Origin: a bacterium | GTDB lineage: Bacteria; Margulisbacteria; Marinamargulisbacteria; JAHFDA01 | Direction of reading: 5' to 3' | NCBI GenBank assembly: GCA_023249225.1 | Contig: JAHFDA010000008.1 | Span: 4,331-68,330, forward strand | Length of the DNA: 64,000 nucleotides | In this document: positions 15,760-24,174 of the stretch, one piece after another | Layout of the letters: the number at the start of each line of letters is the position of its first letter | Numbering within the stretch: the first letter of the stretch is position 1 | The notes under the pieces: generated by a model | The model's database searches: none | What the model saw: the letters and a program-made list of their open reading frames with translations, nothing else | What the model was told of the DNA's origin: nothing | Translations under genes and position numbers: made by a program

Positions 15760-17805
15760 CTAAGGCAAGCGCACTCCCCGCCGTTTCAAAAACGGACGCA
15801 ATAAGTTTTTGGCGTCTATTAGCTTTTGACAGATACGTTGACGCGTCACGTTTTTCTCGCTGACGCCCAGTTCCGCCGCGTGGTCGCCGATTTCCTGCAG
15901 GGACATTTTTTCGCAACCGTACCCGTGGGACAGGGCAATCAGGCGCGCCTCTACGGGATACTTTTGGCGGAACTGATCGAGCGCGTCCGCCACGGAGTGA
16001 TCCCATGAGCGTTTGGCCAGGATTTCGTCGTGCAGCTCGGCTTCGTCGGCCACATAATCGCCAAGGTCCGTATCGCCGTCTTCGGAAACGGGCTGGTCGA
16101 GCGAGGTCTTGTTGTCAAAATACAAGAACTCAATCACTCCGGGTTTAAGCACCTCGTGCAGCAGGCCCGGGGTTTCATCCAGTTCGGTGGCCAGGGCCTG
16201 CATTTGATCGTTGGAGTAATTCCGCAATTCTTCGAGCGTTAATGCGTTTACAAAACAGAAACGGTTAATCTTGCTGATGGCGACCGCAACATATCTGGGC
16301 ATGCTGCTAAGGTTGTCCCAGTAAAGTGACATGCGCTGAAAGGCCCAGTGGGAGGCATAGGTTGTAAATTTGTTTCCCGATTCCACGTCATAGGTTTTTG
16401 CGCCCCGCGTAAAGCCCTCGATGCATAAATCGACCAACGTGGTGACCAGCTCGGAGTCCGGCTCGAAGACGCCTTTACTATGGAGAAACGCATAAGTCAT
16501 TTTTTGCGCCAGCCGCAGGTGGCTTAGTACCAGACGGTCGCACAAAACCTTATCCATGCGGTCGTCGGCAATGTACTGCTGCCACAGCGCTTTTTCAGTT
16601 TCCCAGGGCAGGTGCTTGAAATCCTCCGGGGACACGGGCCGCGGCTGGGGTTTGCGTGCAAGCACGGGGTGCGGAGGTGATAGGTACTGCTCGCCTTCTT
16701 TGAGTACAAAGGTCAGCGTTTGGGTCTGGCGCGCAAGTACATTTTCCAAAGCATCCACTTCGATGCGCCACTGTCGGATACCGGCTTCCACGTGGCCATA
16801 ACAGCGCATCCAAAGTTCTTTGCCGCGCCACGAATCGGGCAAACCCGACAGCAGAAAGAAGATTCGCGTCCTGCGACCATTCACAACGGCCTGAATGCGC
16901 GTGACTTCAAACCCTTTTTTAACGATGCCCGACACGGTAGATTCTTCCAATGTTGGCAGGCGTTTGACGGTGACCATGTCAAATTTACCCGGACGAACGC
17001 GTTGCAACCACGCGCTCAACTGCATGCCAAACATATGCGGTTCGGCCTCGACCAGCCGTTGGAGTGGTTCAATGTAGGGATTCCATCGCAGGGCGTAGGG
17101 TAAAAAAACGCTGTCCTGGGTGATGAGGCGTTGGTCGTAAATTGCGGGCGCAATCCCGTCTTGCGGTTGAAGCTCCTCTAGTCGCACCGCATCGTAAACG
17201 TGAGCGCCAACTTTAATTTTAAAAGTTTGCGCCCGCACTTGAGTCACTTCCGGCGGCATGGGGCCCATGTCGACACATTGGCCGGCCTTTACGGCGGTGT
17301 ACAAGGACACCAGGTGGTTACTTGGATACACATCGAGCACATGCGCGGGTGGTGGCGCCAGTCGTGTGCCAGAAAAATATTCCAAAAGCCATTGCTTCCA
17401 AGACGCGGTCAGCGAGGGGCCGGCCAGCTGCTCGGCGCGTTCGAACAGTTTATTCCCCAGACGCAGCACAAAAATCATTTCGGGAGACTGGGGCCGCTTT
17501 AAGGGACGCACACATATTTGCCAGGCAGTTTGGTTCTCAAGTTTCGCGTTGAAGAAGCGTGCCTCCAAAGGCCTGTTTAGCCATTCCGGCGGAAATCCGC
17601 GCAGTTCCAAACCGATGCTTTTTCCGCGCCATTCTAGCAAGAGCACACGAACGTCATTGCGGATGCTAATGTCAAAACGGCGTGTCGGTGGCGGGGTGGT
17701 CGGAGCGTCGGCGAGCAGCCAGGCCCGCGCCTTTTTACCCCATAGGATATTCCACGACCGTCCGCCGTACTCGGGGGAGGTTGCAATTTGTTTTAGGCGG
17801 AACAC
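15760..17805 (-). CDS. Sigma-70 family protein with approximately 400-aa uncharacterised N-terminal extension
   Basis: 681-aa ORF (GTG start). The C-terminal 280 aa aligns by eye to sigma regions 2-4: NKFTTYASHWAFQRM (2.3/2.4), MPRYVAVAISKINR (3.0), SLDQPVSEDGDTDLGDYVADE (3.2), EARLIALSHGYG...MSLQEIG...VSEKNVTRQRICQKLIDAKNLLR (4). The N-terminus contains two copies of a G-x-P-x-x-W ... W-x-I-x-V ... FVL module. Confidence 0.8.
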   Translation of the reverse strand: MFRLKQIATSPEYGGRSWNILWGKKARAWLLADAPTTPPPTRRFDISIRNDVRVLLLEWRGKSIGLELRGFPPEWLNRPLEARFFNAKLENQTAWQICVRPLKRPQSPEMIFVLRLGNKLFERAEQLAGPSLTASWKQWLLEYFSGTRLAPPPAHVLDVYPSNHLVSLYTAVKAGQCVDMGPMPPEVTQVRAQTFKIKVGAHVYDAVRLEELQPQDGIAPAIYDQRLITQDSVFLPYALRWNPYIEPLQRLVEAEPHMFGMQLSAWLQRVRPGKFDMVTVKRLPTLEESTVSGIVKKGFEVTRIQAVVNGRRTRIFFLLSGLPDSWRGKELWMRCYGHVEAGIRQWRIEVDALENVLARQTQTLTFVLKEGEQYLSPPHPVLARKPQPRPVSPEDFKHLPWETEKALWQQYIADDRMDKVLCDRLVLSHLRLAQKMTYAFLHSKGVFEPDSELVTTLVDLCIEGFTRGAKTYDVESGNKFTTYASHWAFQRMSLYWDNLSSMPRYVAVAISKINRFCFVNALTLEELRNYSNDQMQALATELDETPGLLHEVLKPGVIEFLYFDNKTSLDQPVSEDGDTDLGDYVADEAELHDEILAKRSWDHSVADALDQFRQKYPVEARLIALSHGYGCEKMSLQEIGDHAAELGVSEKNVTRQRICQKLIDAKNLLRPFLKRRGVRLP

Positions 17806-17879
17806 AGTATAAATCGTTTAAGGCGGGGTTTGATTGCATGCAATTTTCTTTAATTTAGAACAGCTTGGGGCCAAGCACC

Positions 17880-18245
17880 CTATCCCAAATCCATTAACAC
17901 ACGAATGTTATCGCGCACCTGGCGCATGATGGATTCTGAAACCTGGCCCAATTGCTTTTTCAGCCGTTGGCAGTCAATGGCGCGTAACTGATCGATCAGG
18001 ATATCCGAGGGGACTTTTAAGCCAGAAACTTTTGAAGCGGCAACATGCACCCGTAGTAACGTGACGTTGAGTTTTACCAGGCTGCTAAGCGGGCAGACGA
18101 TGACGGTGGGATGTATGGGATTGAGCAGGTCGCTTTGAACCACCAACACCGGACGCTGTTTGCCGGGTTCAGCGCCCCGTTTGGGTTCTAAATCGGCCAC
18201 ATAAATGTGCCCGGATCTTGGCAGCAGGGTTTTAACCGATTTCAT
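17880..18245 (-). CDS. mazF: Type II toxin, MazF/PemK family endoribonuclease
   Basis: SGHIYVADLEPKRGAEPGKQRPVLVVQSDLLN ... QLRAIDCQRL pattern. I chose the ATG at 18245 (14-nt overlap with the upstream antitoxin). The longest ORF extends to 18296. Confidence 0.85.
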   Translation of the reverse strand: MKSVKTLLPRSGHIYVADLEPKRGAEPGKQRPVLVVQSDLLNPIHPTVIVCPLSSLVKLNVTLLRVHVAASKVSGLKVPSDILIDQLRAIDCQRLKKQLGQVSESIMRQVRDNIRVLMDLG

Positions 18246-18468
18246 CTTCCAGGGCTTCAAACTCCCGCAAGACATCCAGGCTTTCTGTAGAGACAAGGCG
18301 CGATTCGTATTGTAGTTGCTTGCCGAGCTGTTTGCGTTTTTGGTACTTATTCATAAATGCAATGGCCCGATTGATGTATGCGTTGCGCGAGATATCCAGC
18401 TTTTTAAGCACAGACTCGGTTTCTGAATAAACCGCATCATCGAGTTTTAAAGACAAGGCTTTCGACAT
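18232..18468 (-). CDS. Ribbon-helix-helix (CopG/MazE-like) antitoxin
   Basis: 78-aa ORF. The N-terminal LSLKLDDAVYSETESVLKKLDISRNAYINRAIAFMN is a typical RHH. Acidic C-terminus. Overlaps the mazF start. Confidence 0.75.
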   Translation of the reverse strand: MSKALSLKLDDAVYSETESVLKKLDISRNAYINRAIAFMNKYQKRKQLGKQLQYESRLVSTESLDVLREFEALEDEIG

Positions 18469-18481
18469 AGCAAACTCCTTT

Positions 18482-18505
18482 GGGTATTACCAATAGTATA
18501 TACCC
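18482..18505. promoter_or_regulatory. Inverted repeat GGGTAT-N12-ATACCC upstream of the RHH-mazF operon (operator candidate)
   Basis: GGGTATTACCAATAGTATATACCC lies 14-37 nt upstream of the antitoxin start. RHH antitoxins typically autoregulate through such palindromes. Confidence 0.4.
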
Positions 18506-18578
18506 ACTTAAGATGCACAAGAAACCTGCTTTGGCGCAGGAGGATTTCAGCGTGCGTGCATGGAGGTAAAAAATTGCC

Positions 18579-18608
18579 TGAAATTTATCACGATTCTTAT
18601 CGATAAAT
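18579..18608 (+). promoter_or_regulatory. Approximately 30-nt promoter-like element TGAAATTTAT-N8-TTATCGATAWWT (copy 1)
   Basis: TGAAATTTATCACGATTCTTATCGATAAAT lies 31 nt before the ATG at 18639. It aligns with 21791-21820. It contains the perfect palindrome TTATCGATAA. It can be read as -35 TGAAAT / 17-nt spacer / -10 GATAAA. Confidence 0.5.
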
Positions 18609-18638
18609 CTTAAAAGACCAATTCTAAAGGGGTTATTT

Positions 18639-19298
18639 ATGATCAACATGCTTTTCCGTAGAGTTTCATTGGCGCAGGTGCCCGTGGCTGCCGTTGAAGC
18701 CGCTCCCAGGATTGAAGTACCCAGGACGGCACTGGAATTGATAAACATAATTGGCGAAGTGCGGCAGATTGAATTACCCGGTGGACAAAAAGTCAGCATC
18801 ACTGTACTCAAGGCCCGTGAACTAATGGCGTATCTCGGAGTAGACAGCCTTACGTCTGTTTACCAGAAGGCTGGCTTAAGTATCCAGTTTGATGCGGACA
18901 ACATGATCAACAGATTCGGCATGTTGATTAATCAGGACAAGCCGATGACTGAAGCAATTCTTGACGCCGTTGTGGCCAAAGCCAAAGAACAAAATTTGAC
19001 GAAGGCCGATGCGCTGGGCATGTTAAACCTGCGCGCTTCCCGAATAGCGTATGAAAAACTGCACGCGGAAAACTTTCACAGTAAATCTGGTGTTTATTGG
19101 TTCTGGACTGCAGAAAAGTTTTTGGGGCACTTTGAGGAGAGTCGATATCCTAAAGCAGCAGTTGTAAGGTCAAATAATATTGATAGAAGTCGTGATAGCC
19201 GCTTTTGTCTGCGTAATGTTAGTAACGACAATTGGTATGGCTTCGTTCTTGCTAATCGTTACAACTATGAGGGTGTCGTCTTTGGCCTGCCCGATTAG
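18639..19298 (+). CDS. Hypothetical protein (no recognisable domain)
   Basis: 219-aa ORF with good SD (AAGGGG 8 nt upstream). Followed by two small hairpins and a T-rich tract at about 19325-19372. Confidence 0.6.
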   Translation: MINMLFRRVSLAQVPVAAVEAAPRIEVPRTALELINIIGEVRQIELPGGQKVSITVLKARELMAYLGVDSLTSVYQKAGLSIQFDADNMINRFGMLINQDKPMTEAILDAVVAKAKEQNLTKADALGMLNLRASRIAYEKLHAENFHSKSGVYWFWTAEKFLGHFEESRYPKAAVVRSNNIDRSRDSRFCLRNVSNDNWYGFVLANRYNYEGVVFGLPD

Positions 19299-19679
19299 AC
19301 TCAATTCAGTCCTTGGTTCTTGTCCGCCCGTGCGGATGCGCTTAAGGCGCAGAAAATTTGTTTTAATTTAAAGTGGGTGGCGCGGTTTCCGCGCTCACAA
19401 CGCTATGTGTTTGGCCCCGTGATTATATTTTTTGTGTCGGAGGCGTAAAAAACTTAAATCTGCGTCTGCGGGCAAAATACCGGGCCAAACTTTTAGTTCG
19501 GACGGCATCAAGAACGAGAAAACGACTTTTTCAACAGCCTAAAGCTGTCGCAACCAGACCCGCCTTGACGGCCTTAAGATGACGCGGATAGTTGGCTTTG
19601 ACTTGACGCATTCATCGGTATTAGGGATTAGGGATTGCCTGCAATTTCCCCCCAGATCACCCGATAAAGCCTTACTCCC

Positions 19680-21017
19680 ATGCTACGCAAGAAAATCAGC
19701 GTCCCGCCAGAAAACCAGGTGGTCGAAGAATTCTCCGGCGACACGCTGACGTTAAAACCGGGCATGGCGGTCAGTCTGGCCGAACTGATGGATTCTGTCG
19801 ACGCCAGCATGGATTTTTACTTGCGCCGACTAAAACAAGAAGGTAAAGCCGAAGCGTCGGTCTGGCTGGAAATATTTTCCAAAAAACCGCTCTCGGAACA
19901 GCTCCGCAATCTGTACAGCGGGCAACTGGATTTTTCTTCGGATCAAGTTCTGTCGGCTGCGGAACTTTACCACCTGTTGCACCAGGAGTTGGCGGGAGGT
20001 ACTTACAACATGTTTGCGCGTTGCCTGGGAGCAGCCCAAATTCAGCAAACAGCGCGCCTGAATAAAATTTCGCTGCTTGCCGCTGCCGGACGGTTGTGGT
20101 TTGAATGTGACGATATTACAAGTGCCGATCACATGTACATATTCGAAAATTATTTTGGCGACTATCTTATTAACGCCTACTTTGACCGCCATCCCAAGCC
20201 CCATAACTTTAAAATCGATTTACATTTGCTTATGACCCATCTGATTCCTGCGATTGCCATTTGCGACTTTAGCGAGGACGACAAGCTGCGTTTTATTCAC
20301 AGCCTATTGTTTTTACTCCACTCCGACGCCGATAACGCCACATTAGAAACATTTCTTAACACGGTCCTAAAAGCCAAAGAAACAATTCCCGAAAACGCGG
20401 TGTTGGTTGATTTGGACGCAGCGCTGGCTGAAATACGGGTTTTGTTCCAAACCCATTTTCCGTCCTGCTGGCTGGCGGGCGACTACGAACTCAAGGCCCG
20501 CATCGTCCGTTACAAGGGCCGGGACAAGGAGCATCTCGAAATCGTTCCGCCGGACAATATGTATTTTGACGAACCCCGAAACATCGAAGCGCCGGACGAC
20601 GAGTTTCCGCCCGACGGGAATATTGTGTCCCGCAACGAGTATTCCAAACTCATCTGCAAGGACGGATCGGTATTTCTTCCCAACGGGCAAAAAGTATTTT
20701 GGGGCGACTTGCGGCACGAGGATATCTGTCATCTCAAAGGTGTCTACTACGTGCTTAGTCAGGAAGATTCGTTTCACCAGGTGCCGGAGGATTTTGTGAT
20801 GGTGGAAGCCCTCTTTCCGGCGGATGACCCGCATCGTCCGTCTGAAGAAGAAAGAGCACACTTTCAGCGCGGGTTCGAAGAAGCAATGGGTATTCCGGAG
20901 GGACCGCTTCTACAGCCTAAACGCGACAAGGTGGCGCTGCATCCTGATTACGTGCGCCTCAAGGCCCGGGGGCGGATTGAAAATGGCGTGTTTGTGGAGA
21001 ATTCAATCAGGATTTAA
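19680..21017 (+). CDS. Hypothetical protein (no recognisable domain)
   Basis: 445-aa ORF, the only long ORF in this interval. No obvious SD. Acidic, helix-rich N-terminal half and a beta-like C-terminal half by composition. Confidence 0.6.
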   Translation: MLRKKISVPPENQVVEEFSGDTLTLKPGMAVSLAELMDSVDASMDFYLRRLKQEGKAEASVWLEIFSKKPLSEQLRNLYSGQLDFSSDQVLSAAELYHLLHQELAGGTYNMFARCLGAAQIQQTARLNKISLLAAAGRLWFECDDITSADHMYIFENYFGDYLINAYFDRHPKPHNFKIDLHLLMTHLIPAIAICDFSEDDKLRFIHSLLFLLHSDADNATLETFLNTVLKAKETIPENAVLVDLDAALAEIRVLFQTHFPSCWLAGDYELKARIVRYKGRDKEHLEIVPPDNMYFDEPRNIEAPDDEFPPDGNIVSRNEYSKLICKDGSVFLPNGQKVFWGDLRHEDICHLKGVYYVLSQEDSFHQVPEDFVMVEALFPADDPHRPSEEERAHFQRGFEEAMGIPEGPLLQPKRDKVALHPDYVRLKARGRIENGVFVENSIRI

Positions 21018-21027
21018 CCAAAGAGCC

Positions 21028-21045
21028 TTTTTCGGCAGTCCCAAG
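21028..21045 (+). repeat. Copy 2 of the 18-nt motif TTTTYGGCAGTCCCAAR
   Basis: TTTTTCGGCAGTCCCAAG lies 11 nt after the stop of the 19680-21017 ORF. Identical to copy 1. Confidence 0.7.
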
Positions 21046-21060
21046 TTGCCCATTAGCTTT

Positions 21061-21732
21061 TTAGCTTCGGATTTGCCGATACGCAAGATTGAATAGGTAC
21101 GCCAAAAATGCCAACGGAAAAACCGCCAGGTCAGCCACGTTATAAATACGTTCGTGGTAACGAATAAAATCCAGTGCGCCATCAATCAGCACTATGGATG
21201 GTAGCGTATTGCCCCCGATCATCACCGCTAGACCGGCCAAGCTGTAGTTGACCACATGTTGGAATTCAATGCAGGCACGCAAAGCCTTTGACTTAAAAGC
21301 TTCATCATAATTTGGATTTTGAGAAAAACTGGGCAGTGCCACCCGGTCAAGGCCATGCAGCATCAGGCGTAGTGCCAGCAAACTAACGCTGGCCCATAAA
21401 AAGATTTCTAGTTCCGCGTCCATGGTGAGCGTCAGCTGACGGCTGACCACCACGCCATATTGTTTTAAATAATCTTCTACAAACTGCCATCTAAAGAGAT
21501 TGATCGGTGTGCGGGCATAATGAAATTCGGGGTAAAAAGAAAACGGCCCCAGGCCGAAATAGCCTGTTTTGCTAAAGATCACGGGCACCCAGGCTTTGCT
21601 AAGCCAATCCAAGGCCAACATGCCAACGAAGTAACTTACATACTTGCGATCCGTCACGCTGATGGCGCGCAGTTCGGCCAGCGAAAATTGCAAAGGGTGC
21701 TCATGTTCGGCCAATTTACGGCAAAGCAACAT
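21061..21732 (-). CDS. Hypothetical membrane protein (about 4 TM)
   Basis: 223-aa ORF with four hydrophobic stretches. Divergently transcribed from the 778-aa sigma-like gene (93-nt spacer). Confidence 0.6.
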   Translation of the reverse strand: MLLCRKLAEHEHPLQFSLAELRAISVTDRKYVSYFVGMLALDWLSKAWVPVIFSKTGYFGLGPFSFYPEFHYARTPINLFRWQFVEDYLKQYGVVVSRQLTLTMDAELEIFLWASVSLLALRLMLHGLDRVALPSFSQNPNYDEAFKSKALRACIEFQHVVNYSLAGLAVMIGGNTLPSIVLIDGALDFIRYHERIYNVADLAVFPLAFLAYLFNLAYRQIRS

Positions 21733-21790
21733 ACTTTATATCGTTAACCGGGTGTAGGGGTTTCAATCGGGACTGGGTTTAGCAGATTTA

Positions 21791-21820
21791 TGAAATTTAT
21801 ATCTGATTTTATCGATATTT
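21791..21820 (+). promoter_or_regulatory. Approximately 30-nt promoter-like element (copy 2), immediately upstream of the 778-aa sigma-like gene
   Basis: TGAAATTTATATCTGATTTTATCGATATTT. The -10-like GATATT ends 7 nt before the ATG at 21826, and there is no SD, so the mRNA may be leaderless or nearly so. Confidence 0.5.
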
Positions 21821-21825
21821 AGTAC

Positions 21826-24162
21826 ATGGCTATTTCAGTCAGATTGCAACTGCGGCAACTGGCCGCACCACTTCGAAATGTGGATCCCACTGTTCCGCGT
21901 GTGGAGTCTAATCGTTCCGAAGTCAACGTTCCAGATGTAGGATCCGCAGGAGTGGCGCGTTGGCTGGTATTGGCGCCTGTAGACGACTATGGTGGTGTGA
22001 CGCTGCTGGTCGGCAAAAAACGTTTTTATCTGGGACAGCCCATTGGCAAGCGCTTTCAAGACCGCATACTTCCGCTGCTCGTGGTACAGAAGGGTTCCAA
22101 AGTGGAGGTCACCCAGCCACGTGCGCGAATTTCCAACGTGGAATTTTTGTGTCAGTGGGAGCTTGATCTTGAAAGCGATCAGGTGACGCTTCAACGCGGC
22201 CCACGGCAGTTTGTGGTCAGCGCGCCGGATCAGCGCCACATTAACGTTGATGGTGTACAGTATTTTTTGTTCACCGGCAATTCCCAGGGGCCGAGATATT
22301 TTGAACGGCAGGCGGATGGCACGCGGCGCGTGCTGGGGTTCAAACCGGAACTGCGTCCCATTGAGCCCAATTTTATTTTCCGTTCCGAAGATGGGCGCGC
22401 GGTGGCCTGGATGGTCAGCCATTCTGTGCATTACCGCGACATGGCGGAACTGAAAACGTTTTGCCGCAGCACGTATGTCTTTCGGTTTTTACGCCAAAAG
22501 GGCCGGCTGCCCCAGCTTTACGTTGATAACGCGCTGCATTACGAAGATGGCACTTCCGAGTCCATACGCCTCACCGAGAAGATGACCGCGGCAACGCTCA
22601 AAGCCAGTGGACTTCTTTCTGACGACAGCAATGTTGAAAGCGAAATAAATCGGTTGGCGGACAGTCGCGCCACCGTGCCGCTCGACGTCAGTTTTTCGGG
22701 CGGAATGCCTTATGCCGTGCATCTTTTGCAGAGCCAGGGTGGCCGGGCGCTTTGGTATTTTCGGCGTGTGCTGGATACGCGCACTTTGCAGGCCAGCGAA
22801 TTTTCGCTTAAATATTTCCGACAGATTGGCCATAGCAACCGGTTTTTGGTGGCCGAAAATCTGCCGACCCATATTGTTCAAAAAGGCAAATTTTTTTACG
22901 AAACGGCAGACATAATTAGCAAAACGTTTTATCTGCGCTCATCCGCCGAACCCATTGCTTCCCGCCGGGTTCATCTGGTTGTAGACAAAGAAAGCAACAC
23001 GGTGTTGGCGGCAGTGGCCGATCCAGCCGGCCCATTTAACCCGCAACTTGTATATCGCGTTATTAACCAACAGAGCTTTAAAAGTGAAAAGTTTTTACGT
23101 CAACTCGAAAAGCTGGGATGTTTTGGCATGGCGCAGCAGCTCCAAAAGGAACTGACTGCCGGGCAAAAACCAATTCATCTGCCCGGTTTGGAGTGGATCG
23201 ACGATCCAAGTTTGCGGGAACACGTGCGCGAGTGTGTGCGCTCGGCCCCATCCGAGGCTGAAAAATATGCGTTGTGGACCCAATTCGTGCGCGGTGGGCG
23301 TAAAGACATGGGATTGCTGCATGAGTTAGTGGCATACGAACTCGGTTACATTCTGATGATCACCCGGCGGGAAGTAGGTGCTTATCCCCGCCAGCTCTTT
23401 ACCGAATTCTTCAAATCGGCCATCGAAGGCGCTGTCATTGCCGGTTTGCCTGGTCCCAAGCGCGAAGGTTATGCCCCTGGTCGCGGCACGCCCTTTAGAA
23501 CTTACATGGAAATGTGGTGCGTGGCATACATCCAGCAGAATGACGCCTACAAACGTGGCGTGGTACCCATGGATCAGCGGCGCGTGTGGCGAATCAATCA
23601 GGTGATCGAGGCCATGCAGTATTTGCGCGTTAGCAAAGATCAAGCGCTGGAGGACCTCCAGAAGCTGGACGAAATTGCCGGACTGCTCAAAATGAGGCCG
23701 GGCGAAGTAAAACTTATTCTTCAGCACGATTTGGATACCTACCAGCAAAACCGTGGTCCACGCTCGTTCGACGCGCCGGTCGGCAACGAACACGATGGCG
23801 ACAACGAAACTTCCCTGCTTGATCTGACCGGCTCAGACGAAGGTTCGCAGATTATCGAAAAGCAAGCCGTCCACAGAACCTTGCGACAACTCTTGGACAC
23901 GTTGGCATCCGAACTGCCCCGCGAAGCTGCTGTGGTGGCCCTGGCCTTTGGCCAGCATCCGCAGGTACCAAACGAAGTGGCAGGCAATGAAATCGGCAAG
24001 CAGTATTACCACTTGATTCCCAGGACTTCCAAATACACAGGCCCAGCGCAACCTTTAAGTTCCACGGCCGTCCGAAAACTGCTACAAGACGGTCTGGCGC
24101 GCTTGCGTGCACTGATGGATGTCCAAGGGTTAACCGCCCTTGATTTTGATCTGGCGGGTTGA
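21826..24162 (+). CDS. Highly divergent sigma-70 family protein with approximately 490-aa uncharacterised N-terminal region
   Basis: 778-aa ORF. The C-terminal 280 aa parallels sigma regions 2-4: LFTEFFKSAIEGAVIAG (2.2-like), TPFRTYMEMWCVAYIQ (2.3/2.4), VPMDQRRVWRINQVIEA (3.0), SFDAPVGNEHDGDNETSLLDLTG (3.2), REAAVVALAFG ... LSSTAVRKLLQDGLARLRA (4). Confidence 0.7.
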   Translation: MAISVRLQLRQLAAPLRNVDPTVPRVESNRSEVNVPDVGSAGVARWLVLAPVDDYGGVTLLVGKKRFYLGQPIGKRFQDRILPLLVVQKGSKVEVTQPRARISNVEFLCQWELDLESDQVTLQRGPRQFVVSAPDQRHINVDGVQYFLFTGNSQGPRYFERQADGTRRVLGFKPELRPIEPNFIFRSEDGRAVAWMVSHSVHYRDMAELKTFCRSTYVFRFLRQKGRLPQLYVDNALHYEDGTSESIRLTEKMTAATLKASGLLSDDSNVESEINRLADSRATVPLDVSFSGGMPYAVHLLQSQGGRALWYFRRVLDTRTLQASEFSLKYFRQIGHSNRFLVAENLPTHIVQKGKFFYETADIISKTFYLRSSAEPIASRRVHLVVDKESNTVLAAVADPAGPFNPQLVYRVINQQSFKSEKFLRQLEKLGCFGMAQQLQKELTAGQKPIHLPGLEWIDDPSLREHVRECVRSAPSEAEKYALWTQFVRGGRKDMGLLHELVAYELGYILMITRREVGAYPRQLFTEFFKSAIEGAVIAGLPGPKREGYAPGRGTPFRTYMEMWCVAYIQQNDAYKRGVVPMDQRRVWRINQVIEAMQYLRVSKDQALEDLQKLDEIAGLLKMRPGEVKLILQHDLDTYQQNRGPRSFDAPVGNEHDGDNETSLLDLTGSDEGSQIIEKQAVHRTLRQLLDTLASELPREAAVVALAFGQHPQVPNEVAGNEIGKQYYHLIPRTSKYTGPAQPLSSTAVRKLLQDGLARLRALMDVQGLTALDFDLAG

Positions 24163-24174
24163 TTGAACCAAAGC

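Noticed and set aside
17258-17812. 184-aa plus-strand ORF (and neighbours at 17200-17552) opposite the 681-aa sigma gene
   Set aside because: These are overlapping antisense ORFs rich in Arg, Ser and Gly. The minus-strand frame is continuous for 2 kb and ends in recognisable sigma regions.
19373-19582. 69-aa GTG-initiated ORF in the 380-nt spacer between the two orphan genes
   Set aside because: No SD and an extremely basic low-complexity sequence. The region is better treated as non-coding, either a possible leader or a small RNA.
19619-19636. Telomere-like TATTAGGGATTAGGGATT string
   Set aside because: There are only two ATTAGGG units, in a circular-type bacterial gene context. This is most likely chance.
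21835-22431. 198-aa minus-strand ORF opposite the 5' part of the 778-aa gene
   Set aside because: It is antisense to the only ORF that runs uninterrupted for 2.3 kb, and it has no motifs. I considered it because the N-terminal region of the 778-aa protein is itself unassigned, but the plus frame is continuous with the sigma-like part.
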